A stretch of DNA of 64,000 nucleotides, taken from an uncultured Actinomycetes bacterium. Lineage in GTDB: Bacteria; Actinomycetota; Thermoleophilia; UBA2241. The DNA lies in contig CAVWIH010000021.1 of assembly GCA_963755025.1 (NCBI GenBank), positions 1-64,000 on the forward strand, read 5' to 3'. Positions 29,344 through 39,187 of this stretch are shown piece by piece. A program made the position numbers and the translations under genes. Below the pieces are notes generated by a model, which saw only the letters and a program-made list of their open reading frames with translations, had not been told where the DNA came from and ran no database searches. Position 1 is the stretch's first letter. Each line of letters begins with the position of its first letter.

Positions 29344-30995
29344 CTAGGCCGTCGTCGAGCGACCGCCGCGTCGACCGGTCGCCGGCCACGACGCGCAAGG
29401 TAGCCAGCGTCAGGTCGCGCGGGCCGTGGACCAGCACGCCGCGGCGCGCCGCCTCGGCCAGGTAAGCCACCGTCTCGCCCGAGATCTCCTCGCCGGGGCC
29501 GAGCACGGGTATTCCGGGCGGGTAGGGCACGACCATCTCGGCGCTCACCCGACCGGCGCAGTCGGCCAGACTCACCACTTCCGCAGGGCCAAAGAAGGCG
29601 TCGCGCGGGCTGCAGACCTGACGCGTGAAGAGCGGCAATGGCGGTGACGCCGGACTTGCCGCTTCGTTGCCGCTCCTTCCGGCTGCTTCCGCGACACCCT
29701 GGGCGGCCGCCGTCCCGGCAGCGCCGCTGCTCTGACCCGCCGCCCCGGCCGCGCCTGCTGCGCCGCCACTCTGACGGCCCGCCTGCGCCGCGACGCCGGC
29801 GACCGCATCCACCAGCCGGTCGACCGTCGCCGAGCGAATCCCCGAACGTGATGTTGACGACCACGTTGTGGGGGTCGGCGGCCTCGACGGCGAGGGCGTG
29901 GTCGGTGCGCAGCCGGCGTTCGAGCTCGTAGCCCGAGAGGCCGAGTGTGGCGAGCGACAGCGTGAGGCGCACGGGGTCGAAGTCGGCCGCGCCAGGCTGC
30001 CGTGCGCCGCCAGCGCCGAGCACCGTGACGCCGGGGATGGCGCCCAGGCGCTCGCGGGCGCGAGTGGCGAGGCTCAGGGCTTCGCCCCAGAGAGCCTCGC
30101 CACTCGCCAGCATCTGCCGGCGGGCCGCGTCGATCGACACGTAGATGGGCGCCAGCGGGCTCGTCGTGCGCAGCATGGCGACCATGCCGCGCAGCCGGTC
30201 GGGGTCGACACGGGCGCCGCGGGCGAGCACGATCGAGGCCTGCGACAGACCGGCCAGCAGCTTGTGCACGCTGATCACGGCGGCGTCGGCGTCGGCCGCC
30301 AGGGCGTCGGTCGGCAGCGCCGTCGAGAAGCGCAGGTGAGCCCCCCAGGCCTGGTCGACGACGAGCGGCAGGCCGGCGGCGTGCGCGGCGGCGGCCAGCC
30401 CCGCCACGTCGGCGCAGAAGCCGTTGTAGCTCGGCGAGGTGACGAAGACGGCGCGGGCCCGCGGGTGCTCTTCGATCGCGGCCGCGAAGCGCTCGAGCGG
30501 CACGTTCACGGCCACCTGCCAAGTGGGGTCGAAGGTGGGCTCGACGTAGACGGGCATGGCGCCCGAGAAGATCAGGCCGGCCAGCAGCGCCTTGTGGGCG
30601 TTGCGCGGCACGATGACCTCGTCGCCGGGACCGGCGACCGCCATGACCAGCGCTTGCAAGCCGCCGCTCGAGCCGTTGCCCACGAAGAAGGAGTGATCGG
30701 CGCCCCAGGCGAGCGCCGCCAGCGCCTCGGCGCGCGCCAGCAGACCGCCCGACTCCTGGGTGTCGTCGAGGCCGTTGGCGATGCCCATGTCGGCCGACAG
30801 CAGACGCTCGCCAAGCGCGTCGACCAGGTCGGGCGGCGCGCCGGCGCCGAGCTTGTGGCCGGGCGTGTGGAAGGCCGCCATGCGCCGCTCACGGTAGGCG
30901 CGCAGCGCCTCGACGAGCGGCGCCTCGCTCTGATCGGGCTCCGCCACGCGGCCCTGGCCGGGCTCTGACACACCGCCTCGCTCTCGTCCTGACAC
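29344..30995 (-). CDS. Orn/Lys/Arg decarboxylase, fold type I (frameshifted)
   Basis: FHTPGHK, PRNAHK, DQAWGAH, SVHKLL, PYPPGIPVL.PGE. Confidence 0.88.
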
Positions 30996-31198
30996 GGCGA
31001 CTCCTTTGCTCGACTGGAGTCTACCGGAGCTGCGGCGTCGGCGGTGCCTCGTGCCTGTGTGGGCGACGGAGCGCCCTGGACCGGGCGACGGAGCGGCAGC
31101 GGCGGCCGACGGCGGCGGCGGGGGCGGCGGCGGGCGGCGGCGGCGGCGGGGCCGTGCTTAACCTAGCTTCGGTCGTCCTTAACACAGCCTTAAACGAT

Positions 31199-31283
31199 GG
31201 GGGCGATACTCCTTATCGACCCCCCTCAAGGGCGACCCCAAGCCCTAGACGAGCCCCGTCCCCCGCGGGGCTCGTCCCTTTTT
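31199..31283 (+). ncRNA. Candidate small RNA with C-rich hairpin loops and intrinsic terminator
   Basis: Three hairpins (loops CTCCT, GACCCCAA, TCCCCCG); last stem 31248-31276 is followed by TTTTT; no + strand gene feeds it. Confidence 0.45.
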
Positions 31284-31299
31284 GGGGGTCGTTTCGTCG

Positions 31300-31773
31300 T
31301 CAGGCGCCGGCGGCGGCTTCGCCGGCCGGCTCGTCGAACAGGCTGAGCAGGTCGCCGTAGCCTTCTTCGGCCATGCGCTCCCGCGGCACGAACCGCAGCG
31401 CCGCGGAGTTCATGCAGTAGCGCTGCCCGGTCGGCTCGGGGCCGTCGCCGAAGACGTGGCCCAGGTGCGCGCCGCTGGCCACGCTGCGCGCCTCGGTGCG
31501 CGGCAGCACGAGCTTGAAGTCGCGCCGCGTCTCCACGGCGTCGGGCCGCAGCGGCCGGCTGAAGCTCGGCCAGCCCGTGCCGGAGTCGTACTTGTCGCGT
31601 GAGCTGAACAGCGGGGCGCCGGAGACCACGTCGACGTAGATGCCGTCGCGGTGCTCGTCCCAGTACTCGTTCTCGAACGCGGGCTCGGTGCCCTCAGCTT
31701 GCGTGACCTGGTATTGCAGCGGGGTCAGCCGGCGGCGCAGCTCGTCGTCGTCGGGCTTTTCGTAACGTGCCAT
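31300..31773 (-). CDS. msrB: Peptide methionine sulfoxide reductase B
   Basis: [23 protein letters not shown]. Confidence 0.97.
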   Translation of the reverse strand: MARYEKPDDDELRRRLTPLQYQVTQAEGTEPAFENEYWDEHRDGIYVDVVSGAPLFSSRDKYDSGTGWPSFSRPLRPDAVETRRDFKLVLPRTEARSVASGAHLGHVFGDGPEPTGQRYCMNSAALRFVPRERMAEEGYGDLLSLFDEPAGEAAAGA

Positions 31774-31792
31774 CAGTCCTGTCACCTCGTGG

Positions 31793-32062
31793 TCAGACGT
31801 AGATCTCGTCGATGTAGCACCAGCGCCAGTCCTCGCCCGGCTCGAACGAACGCACGATGGCGTGGCCGGTCTCTGCGGCGTGCCGGCTGGCGTGCTGGTT
31901 CTTCGACGAGTCGCAGCAGCCCACGTGACCGCAGATCAGACAGAGACGCAGGTGGACCCATGCGTCGCCTGTCTCGAGGCACTCCTTGCAGCCCCCGCCC
32001 GACGGCGCGACATCGCGGATCTGGTCCATGTGGGTGCACTTCGCCTCGTCGGGCGCGCTCAT
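31793..32062 (-). CDS. UBP-type zinc finger protein
   Basis: CTH...CKEC...[22 protein letters not shown]. Confidence 0.9.
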   Translation of the reverse strand: MSAPDEAKCTHMDQIRDVAPSGGGCKECLETGDAWVHLRLCLICGHVGCCDSSKNQHASRHAAETGHAIVRSFEPGEDWRWCYIDEIYV

Positions 32063-32171
32063 GGGGCCTCCTTGGTGGCTTGCCGGGGTCGTGCTGCGGG
32101 AACGCTCCAAGCGGTTCTACCCGGGAACGACCGAACTGATGGCCGGCCGGACATAAAGCGAGGAGGATCCG

Positions 32172-33089
32172 ATGGCGCAGCAGACGACTTGGCCGGCTCT
32201 CGACTCCGATGCGTGCCGCGACACGATCGCCACCCTTCACCTGTACGCCCAGGTGATCGGCAAGGTGCAACTCGCCCTCTCGCCGTCGCAGGCCGAATGG
32301 GCCCAGGCGCCGCTGCGACTGACCGCGCGGGGCCTGTCGAGCCAGCTGCTGCAGACCGGCGCACGAAGCATGACGATCGCCTTCGACCTCACCGGCCACG
32401 AGCTGCGCTTCGACCTGAGCGACGGCGCGCAGCGGGCACTACCGCTCGAGCCGCGTACCGTCGCCGACTTCTACGGCGCCGTCATGGCCGCCCTTCGCGA
32501 GCTCGGCGTCGAGGTGACGATCGACCCGGCGAGCGTGGAGACGACGACGCCGCTCTCGCTGGCGACCGACGCAGCGCACGCAAGTTACGACCACGCCTGC
32601 GTGGCCTCGCTCTTTCAGGCCTGGACCGCCATCGGCGCGGTCTTTGACCGGTTCCGCTCGGGCTTTCGCGGCAAGCAGAGCCCGGTCGACCTGTGGTGGG
32701 GCACGTTCGACCTGTCGGTCGCGCGCTTCTCGGGGCGCGCGGCCAGCCCACCGTTCGACCGCGACACGATCGAGCGGGTCGCGATGGACGCCGAGCAGTC
32801 GCTCGTGGGCTTCTGGCCGGGCGACGAGGTCACGCCTGCGCCGGGGTTCTTTGCCTACACCCACCCCAAGCCGGCCGGCATCGAATCGGCCACCCTGGCC
32901 CCCGAGGGTGCGCTCTGGAGTCCCGAAGCAGGTGAGTTCATCGTACCCTACGCGGTCGTCGCTCTCGCCCCCGACCCGGCCCGCGCGCTGCTCGACTTCT
33001 GCGAATCCACCTATGCCGCCGGCGCCAGACTGGGAGGCTGGGACCGCGCGCTGCTCGAGCGTCCCTCGTCGATGGGCCGCGTCGCGTGA
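32172..33089 (+). CDS. DUF5996 family protein
   Basis: TLHLY.QV.GK, F.GKQSPV..WWGTFDL...RFSG, GFWPG. Confidence 0.8.
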   Translation: MAQQTTWPALDSDACRDTIATLHLYAQVIGKVQLALSPSQAEWAQAPLRLTARGLSSQLLQTGARSMTIAFDLTGHELRFDLSDGAQRALPLEPRTVADFYGAVMAALRELGVEVTIDPASVETTTPLSLATDAAHASYDHACVASLFQAWTAIGAVFDRFRSGFRGKQSPVDLWWGTFDLSVARFSGRAASPPFDRDTIERVAMDAEQSLVGFWPGDEVTPAPGFFAYTHPKPAGIESATLAPEGALWSPEAGEFIVPYAVVALAPDPARALLDFCESTYAAGARLGGWDRALLERPSSMGRVA

Positions 33090-33204
33090 GCCGACGCCGC
33101 CGTACCCCCCACGGCGTCGCGTGAGCGACGCGCCGCGCGCAGCGCTCGCCCGTGCGCAGCGCCGCGTGACCTGACGAAGGCCCCCGGGGCGCCACACCCC
33201 GTGG

Positions 33205-33235
33205 TTGACCCTGACGCTGCGGTAGGGTCTACCCT
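33205..33235 (+). promoter_or_regulatory. MerR-type promoter/operator
   Basis: TTGACC-19 bp-TACCCT with dyad ACCCT...AGGGT across the spacer. Confidence 0.85.
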
Positions 33236-33325
33236 CGAGTGCGCGCCAGAGCGTCGCCGCCGACAGCCTACGGCGACGGCCGGCGGCGGCGCTGTCGGCA
33301 TTGACAGACCGACGCTTGGATGGGA

Positions 33326-34107
33326 ATGAGCAACAAACGCACGATCGGCGAGGTCGCAGCGCTAGGCTAGCCGGTGTCAGCGTGCGTACGCTGCGCCACT
33401 ACGACGCGGTCGGGTTGCTGCCGCCGTCGACTCGCAGCGAGGCGGGCTACCGCCTCTACGCACCGGCCGACCTCGCGCGTCTCCAGCAGATCCTGTTCTT
33501 CCGCGAACTTGGCTTTGGCCTGCGCGAGATTCGCCGCATCATGACCGACCCGGGCTTCGACCAGCGGCGCGCCCTGGCGGCGCAGCGCACACTGCTCGCC
33601 GCCAGGGCGCGCCGCCTCGACGCCGTGCGCAGTGCGCTCGACGACGCCATCGAAGCACTCGAGAAAGGCACTGAGATGGATGCAGACGATCAGTTCGGAG
33701 CCTTCGGCGACTTCGAGCCTTCGCGCTACGACGACGAAGTCGAGCGCCGCTGGGGCGGCGCCGACGCCTACGCGGAGAGCGCGCGCCGCACGGCCGCCTA
33801 CGGCAAGGCCGACTGGCAAGCCATCAAGACGGAGGCCGCCGAGATCACGGCGGCGTTCGTGGCGGCGCTCGATGCCGGGCGCGCCCCCGACGACCCCGCC
33901 GTGCAGGCGATCGTCGCCCGCCACTGGCGGCATCTCGCGCGCTGGTTCTACACCCCAACGGTCGAGGTGTACGCGGGCTTGGGCGACCTGTACGTCGACG
34001 ATCCGCACTTCACGAAGAACATCGACAAGGCTCACGCCGGGCTGGCCGCCTACCAGCGCGCCGCCATGCGCGTCTACGCGCTCGGTGGGCCGGGCGGCAT
34101 TGGGTAG
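33326..34107 (+). CDS. MerR family regulator with TipAS domain; 5-bp duplication frameshift at about 33361
   Basis: MSNKRTIGEVAAL / AGVSVRTLRHYD...GYRLY; ERRWG, GLGDLYVDDP.F. Confidence 0.88.
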
Positions 34108-34197
34108 TGCAGACCGACCGACGTGGCGACCAGGCGACGGCGATCAGGCGAGATCCATCGCGCCCCTCGCGGCGGCGCGAGCCGGCCGCTCTCGTGC

Positions 34198-34494
34198 TCA
34201 GCCGGCGACCAGGTCGGCGTAGTCGGGATGGCGCTTGATGTAGGCGGCGATGAAGGGGCAGCGGGGCACGACCGACAGGCCGCGGCTGCGCGCGTCGTCG
34301 AGGGCGAACCGGGCCAGGCGTGAGCCCAGCCCGCGACCCTCGAAGCGCGGCTCGACCTCGGCGTGGGGGATCGTCATGGTCTCGCCGCTAAGCACGTAGT
34401 CGGCAAAGCCCGCAAGCTCACCCGCCACGAAGAGCTCGTAGCGCGACTCCGCGCGGTTGTCGCGCACGACGACGTCGCGGTCGTCGGGCGTCAC
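34198..34494 (-). CDS. Small GNAT acetyltransferase (YjdJ-like)
   Basis: GRGLGSRL, VVPRCPFIAAYIKRHP. Confidence 0.88.
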   Translation of the reverse strand: MTPDDRDVVVRDNRAESRYELFVAGELAGFADYVLSGETMTIPHAEVEPRFEGRGLGSRLARFALDDARSRGLSVVPRCPFIAAYIKRHPDYADLVAG

Positions 34495-35087
34495 GTGGCG
34501 ACCTCGGCGGTCGGCCCGGCGATGGCGCTCAAGTCGCGGCGCAGCCGCTCGATCTGGTCGGCTTCGAGCCGGCCGCCGACCAGTCCCATGAGGCCCGAGA
34601 CAAAGAGCGGCGCCGCCGACTCGAGTACGCTCGCGCCCCGGTCGGTGAGCCCCGCATAGACGACCCGGCGGTCGCTGGGGCAAGCCGCCCGCAGCACCAA
34701 GCCGCGCTCGGCCAGACGATCGACCAGGCGCGTGACCCCGCTCTTGGAGAGGCGCAACGACTCGCTCACGTCGATCATGCGCAGGCGCCCTTCGGGAGCG
34801 GCGGCGAGCACCATGAGCAGCTCGACCTCTTCGGGCGCCAGGCCCGGTCCCGCTTCGAGGCAGCGCGAGAGCCGGGAGCGCACCCGGTCGGTCGCCCGGC
34901 TGAGCTCACCCCAGAGGGCGACGACCGCCCGCTCGCGTTCGGCCGTAGCGGCGTCGGCAGGGCCGTTCGTGGCGCCGCTCTTGAGCGTGCCGCTCTTGGG
35001 CGCGCCGCTCTTGGGCGCGCCGCTGTCGCGTGCGCCGGTCGGAGCGCCGAGCCGGGAGGTGACGATTTGATCGCTGTGGTCGTCCAT
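34491..35087 (-). CDS. MarR family regulator
   Basis: LSKSGVTRLVDRL..RGLV.R..CPSDRR. Confidence 0.9.
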   Translation of the reverse strand: MDDHSDQIVTSRLGAPTGARDSGAPKSGAPKSGTLKSGATNGPADAATAERERAVVALWGELSRATDRVRSRLSRCLEAGPGLAPEEVELLMVLAAAPEGRLRMIDVSESLRLSKSGVTRLVDRLAERGLVLRAACPSDRRVVYAGLTDRGASVLESAAPLFVSGLMGLVGGRLEADQIERLRRDLSAIAGPTAEVAT

Positions 35088-35201
35088 AGACCCTTATGTA
35101 CCCGTTTCGTGTGAGTCGGTACCGGTCAGAATACTACCGCATACAACTACCGTCGAGAGGCGAGCGGCAGCCGGCCGCCCATTCACCAGGAGGGACCCAC
35201 C

Positions 35202-35834
35202 ATGAAGATCGCCATCATCGGAGCAGGCAACGTCGGCAAGGCGCTCGCCGGCTCATTCGTACGCGCGGGCCACGGCGTGACGCTGAGCGCGGCGCACGCC
35301 GACCACGCCCGCGCCGCCGCCGACGCGACCGGCGCACGGGCGGCGGCCTCCGCCCGCGACGCGGTAGCGGGCGCCGACGTCGTCGTGCTGGCCGTGCCCT
35401 ACGGCGCCTTGCTCGCCGTAGTCGACGAGCTCGGCGACGCCCTCACGGGCAAGGTCGTCATCGACGCCACCAACCCGCTGCGCGACGACTACACGGGGCT
35501 CGCCCTCGAAGGCACCTCGGCGGCCGAGCAGGTGCAGTCGCACGCCAAGGGCGCCAAGGTCGTCAAGGCCTTCAACTCGGCCCTCGCCGCGCGCCAGGCC
35601 GAGCCGCGCGTCGCCGGCCTGCAGAGCGACGGCTTCGTGGCCGGCGACGACGCCCAGGCCAAAGCGACGGTGCTCGAGCTCGTGAGCTCGATCGGCTTCA
35701 ACCCGATCGACGCCGGCGCCCTCGAAGTCGCGCGGGCGCTCGAGGGTCTCGCCCTGGTGAACATCCTGTTCCAGCTCCACAACAACGGCAGCTGGCAGAC
35801 CGCCTGGAAGCTGATCGGGGCGCCGACCGCCTGA
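35202..35834 (+). CDS. NADPH-dependent F420 reductase-family oxidoreductase
   Basis: IIGAGNVG, LAVPY, DATNP, VVKAFN, DAGAL. Confidence 0.88.
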   Translation: MKIAIIGAGNVGKALAGSFVRAGHGVTLSAAHADHARAAADATGARAAASARDAVAGADVVVLAVPYGALLAVVDELGDALTGKVVIDATNPLRDDYTGLALEGTSAAEQVQSHAKGAKVVKAFNSALAARQAEPRVAGLQSDGFVAGDDAQAKATVLELVSSIGFNPIDAGALEVARALEGLALVNILFQLHNNGSWQTAWKLIGAPTA

Positions 35835-35875
35835 GGCGCCTCGGCCGTGGTCCGCGAAAGGGGCGGCCGCCGGCC

Positions 35876-36754
35876 CTACGCGAGCTCGCCGGGCCGGCGG
35901 CGCCGGCCGGCCACGGCTTGGGCGTGGTTGAGGGCCGCCACAAAAGCCACGCCGCCGAGCACGTTGCCGAGCAGCGTGGGCGCCATGAAGTGGCCGAGCC
36001 AGGTGACCCAACCGAGCTTTCCGGTGGTCACCAGGTACAGGGTCTCGACCGACCCGGCGATGATGTGGCTGAGGTTCGCCAAGCCCACGAGATAGGTCAG
36101 GATGATGATCACCACGACGCGCGACCCGGCCGCGACCGGCTGGAGCCAGACGACGGTGGCGATGATCCAGCCGGCAAACACGGCGCGCACCACCGTGCTC
36201 CAGAAATCGGGGCTCAGAGCGGCGACGCCGAGCTGCGCGAACTGTGTCTTGACCAGCGGCCCGTAGGCGTCGGTCGCGCCCAGGATCCAGGCGAAGGCCA
36301 GGGCGCCCAGCAGGTTGGTGGCGAGCACCACGACCCAGAACTCCAGCACGCGCGCAAGCGTCGCCGCCGTGCGCCGAGTAAGCAGCGGCAGCACGACCGT
36401 CACCGTGGTCTCGGTGAATAGCTGCTGGCGCCCCAGGATGACGATGAGGAAGCCCACCGGGTAGCCGAGCTTGATGACCAGCGGCGCCCAGGAGGTGGGG
36501 GGCAGGTAGGCGTTGAGCAGGCCCTCGGCGACGAGCGAGAAGCCCATCGACAGGCCGGCGGCGAGGCCCGAGAAGGCGACCGCCTCGAGCGGGCGCCGCA
36601 ACTCCTCCTCGCCCTCCAGACGGATCGCCTCGTGCACGACGAGGGCGCTGACGGCGGCTCGCTTGCGGCCCTCGGCGAGCTCCTCGCTCGGTCCGCTGGG
36701 CGCGACCTCCACGGCCGGCTCGTCCGCGGGGTCGCTGTGCAACGGCGTAGCCAT
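35876..36754 (-). CDS. Formate/nitrite transporter family (YfdC-like)
   Basis: EGEEELRR, AGLSMGFS, QQLFTE, HIIAGSVE, GNVLGG. Confidence 0.88.
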   Translation of the reverse strand: MATPLHSDPADEPAVEVAPSGPSEELAEGRKRAAVSALVVHEAIRLEGEEELRRPLEAVAFSGLAAGLSMGFSLVAEGLLNAYLPPTSWAPLVIKLGYPVGFLIVILGRQQLFTETTVTVVLPLLTRRTAATLARVLEFWVVVLATNLLGALAFAWILGATDAYGPLVKTQFAQLGVAALSPDFWSTVVRAVFAGWIIATVVWLQPVAAGSRVVVIIILTYLVGLANLSHIIAGSVETLYLVTTGKLGWVTWLGHFMAPTLLGNVLGGVAFVAALNHAQAVAGRRRRPGELA

Positions 36755-36966
36755 GCAGGCACGATTCCCGTAGCACGGCCCGGCCTTGCACGGCCGCCGT
36801 TGCCGCCACCCGGCCTCGTCCGCGTGCATCGCGCGCCGCGCGGCGCGACCCCGGCCTCGTCCGTGCTCATGGTCGGCGCTGCATCGCCAGTTTCGCGCCG
36901 CCGGCTCGGTGGAAGTCGCACTTCAAGGGGGCGGCGTCGACCGCCCGGCCGGAAAGGGAGTGAGCC

Positions 36967-37773
36967 ATGGCGACACCGATGGAACGACCGCTCAGAGCCT
37001 CTGTCGGCACCCAGCCACAGACACCGCGCCTGGTACGCGGCCTCACGATCGAACCCAGCCAGCGGCGCGTGCGGGCGTTCTTCGGCGGGGTGCCGGTGGT
37101 CGACAGCCGGCGCCCTCTCCTGGTCTTCGAGCCGGCGCGCCCGCCTATCTACTGGTTCCCCCGCAAAGACGTGCACGCCGACCTGCTGCAGTCCGCCGAC
37201 CTCGACGGCGCCGCGCAGCCGCCGGTCGAGCGCTGGACGCTGCGGGTCGGCGACCGCATCGCCCAGCACGCCGCCTGGAGCTACCCCAAGCCGCAGGGCG
37301 AGCACGCCGCCCTCAAAGACCACCTCGCCTTCGAGTGGAACAAGCTCGACGCCTGGTTCGAAGAAGACGACGAGGTCTTCGGCCACCCCCGCGACCCCTA
37401 CCACCGCGTCGACGCCCTGCGCAGCTCGCGCCGGGTGCGGGTCGAGGTCGAGGGCCAGGTGGTCGCCGAGACCAGCCGCCCCTGCCTGCTGTTCGAGACC
37501 GGCCTGCCGGTGCGCTACTACATCCCCAAGCTCGACGTGCGCCTCGAGCTGCTCGAGCCCTCCGCCAGGACGACGCGCTGCCCCTACAAGGGCGTCGCCG
37601 TGTACTGGTCGCTGCGCGTCAACGGCCGGCTGTTCCCCGACCTCGTGTGGAGCTACCCGCAGCCGATCCCCGAGTGCCCCAAGATCGAGGACCTGCTGTG
37701 CTTCTGGAACGAGCGCACCGACACCATCGTCGACGGCGAGCTCGAAGAACGCCCGGTCACGCCCTGGTCGTGA
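36967..37773 (+). CDS. Tandem DUF427 protein
   Basis: HPRDPYHRVD, LFETGLPVRYY, CPYKG. Confidence 0.9.
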   Translation: MATPMERPLRASVGTQPQTPRLVRGLTIEPSQRRVRAFFGGVPVVDSRRPLLVFEPARPPIYWFPRKDVHADLLQSADLDGAAQPPVERWTLRVGDRIAQHAAWSYPKPQGEHAALKDHLAFEWNKLDAWFEEDDEVFGHPRDPYHRVDALRSSRRVRVEVEGQVVAETSRPCLLFETGLPVRYYIPKLDVRLELLEPSARTTRCPYKGVAVYWSLRVNGRLFPDLVWSYPQPIPECPKIEDLLCFWNERTDTIVDGELEERPVTPWS

Positions 37774-37865
37774 TCAGGCGGCGCGGGGGGCGGCTGTAGC
37801 CTGGCAGGCCGGGCGCTGCCGCGGGGGCGAGGCGGTGATCAGGCCGGGCGCTGCGGCGGGGGCGA

Positions 37866-38327
37866 TCAGGCGGCGCTGGGCCGGCCGTGGCCGGCTCGCC
37901 ATTCTTCATAGGGGGGCACCGGTTCGGCTACGGCCCACAGAAAGTAGTAGGCGCCGCTCTCGCCCAGGAACCTGAAGTCGCGCCGCAGCTCGGCCGCGGT
38001 CTCGTCGAACGCGCCGTGCGAGGCCAGGTAGCCCGCAAAGCCGCCCTGCCGGCGGTCGAGCTCGAGCATGACGGCCGCATTGTGGATGATGGCCTCGATC
38101 TTCTTGCGGTTGCGGATCACGGCCGGGTCGGCGGCCAGGCGGTCGACGTCGGCGGGCGTCAGGGCGGCGACGCTCTCGGGGTCGAAGTCGCGAAAGCGGG
38201 GCCGGATGCCGTCCCACTTGGCATCGACGACCCTCCAGCTCATGCCGGTCGCAAAGACGATGCGGCTCATCGTCTCGAGATAGCCGGCCAGCGATGCCGG
38301 CCGGGTCGCTTCGTGTGTCGGGCTCAT
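37866..38327 (-). CDS. 3-methyladenine DNA glycosylase I-like protein
   Basis: F.TGMSW.VV..KW, IRNRKKIEA, FRFLG. Confidence 0.8.
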   Translation of the reverse strand: MSPTHEATRPASLAGYLETMSRIVFATGMSWRVVDAKWDGIRPRFRDFDPESVAALTPADVDRLAADPAVIRNRKKIEAIIHNAAVMLELDRRQGGFAGYLASHGAFDETAAELRRDFRFLGESGAYYFLWAVAEPVPPYEEWRAGHGRPSAA

Positions 38328-38385
38328 CGCCTGCTCCTCGGTCGGAGAGTGGTGCGAGTCTCTGTTCCCGACTGTATTCCCGACC

Positions 38386-38994
38386 TCAGCTGCGCCCGAG
38401 AGCCGTTTCGGCCTGCAGCAGCCAGCGCTTGCGGGCAAGCCCCGAGGCAAAACCGCGCAGGTCGCCGGCGGCGCCGATCACCCGGTGGCAGGGCACCACG
38501 ATCGGCAGCGGGTTGCGCCCCACGGCGGCGCCCACCGCGCGCGCCGCCGTGGGCGCGCCCACCGCGCGCGCCAGCTCCGTGTAGCTCACGGTCTCGCCGT
38601 AGGGCACGCTGAGCAGCGCCCGCCAGACGCGCTCCTGAAAGGCCGTGCCCCGCAGCTCGAGGGGCAGCTCGAACTCACGGCGCCGCCCGGCGAAGTACTC
38701 GGCGAGCTGGCGCCACGCCTCGCCGAGCACACCGCCCGCCACCGCGCTCGCAGCCTCGGCGGCGTTACGCATCTCGCCCGGCTCGAGCGACTCGCACGGC
38801 CCGGCCGTCGCCCGCGGCAGCCCGGCCGTCGCCCGCAGCAGCCCGGCCGTCGCGGGCGGCAGCCCGACCGTCGCGTCGGGCAAGCGGATCTCGCAGACCG
38901 CGCCGGCCCGGGCGGCGATGAAGATCTCGCCGAGCGGGCTGCTCACGGTGGTCGTCGCGACAGCGTCGGCTGCCGTCTCAGTGAAGGTCGTCAT
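38386..38994 (-). CDS. ogt: Methylated-DNA-protein-cysteine methyltransferase
   Basis: GT.FQ..VW, PYGET.SY, ARAVG, VPCHRVI. Confidence 0.95.
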   Translation of the reverse strand: MTTFTETAADAVATTTVSSPLGEIFIAARAGAVCEIRLPDATVGLPPATAGLLRATAGLPRATAGPCESLEPGEMRNAAEAASAVAGGVLGEAWRQLAEYFAGRRREFELPLELRGTAFQERVWRALLSVPYGETVSYTELARAVGAPTAARAVGAAVGRNPLPIVVPCHRVIGAAGDLRGFASGLARKRWLLQAETALGRS

Positions 38995-39095
38995 AGTGCG
39001 CCTTTCCTTTGTGATCGACGTCGTGAGCGGCGGGCGCTTGCGCCCGCCGCGTCGGCTCTTGGCTTACTGTGATGGTGCCACCGCGGGGCGGCTTG

Positions 39096-39156
39096 GACTG
39101 GCGGGTTTCGGCCGCGTACGCGCCGTCGCGCTCAGGCCGGCCGATTCCCGCTAGTC
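39096..39156. promoter_or_regulatory. Inverted pair of putative Ada-type operators
   Basis: GACTGGCGGGTTTCGGCCG (39096-39114) and inverted GACTAGCGGGAATCGGCCG (39156-39138) between divergent ogt and alkA. Confidence 0.6.
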
Positions 39157-39187
39157 GACCCTCGGCGCGGCGGGTACAGTCACCATC

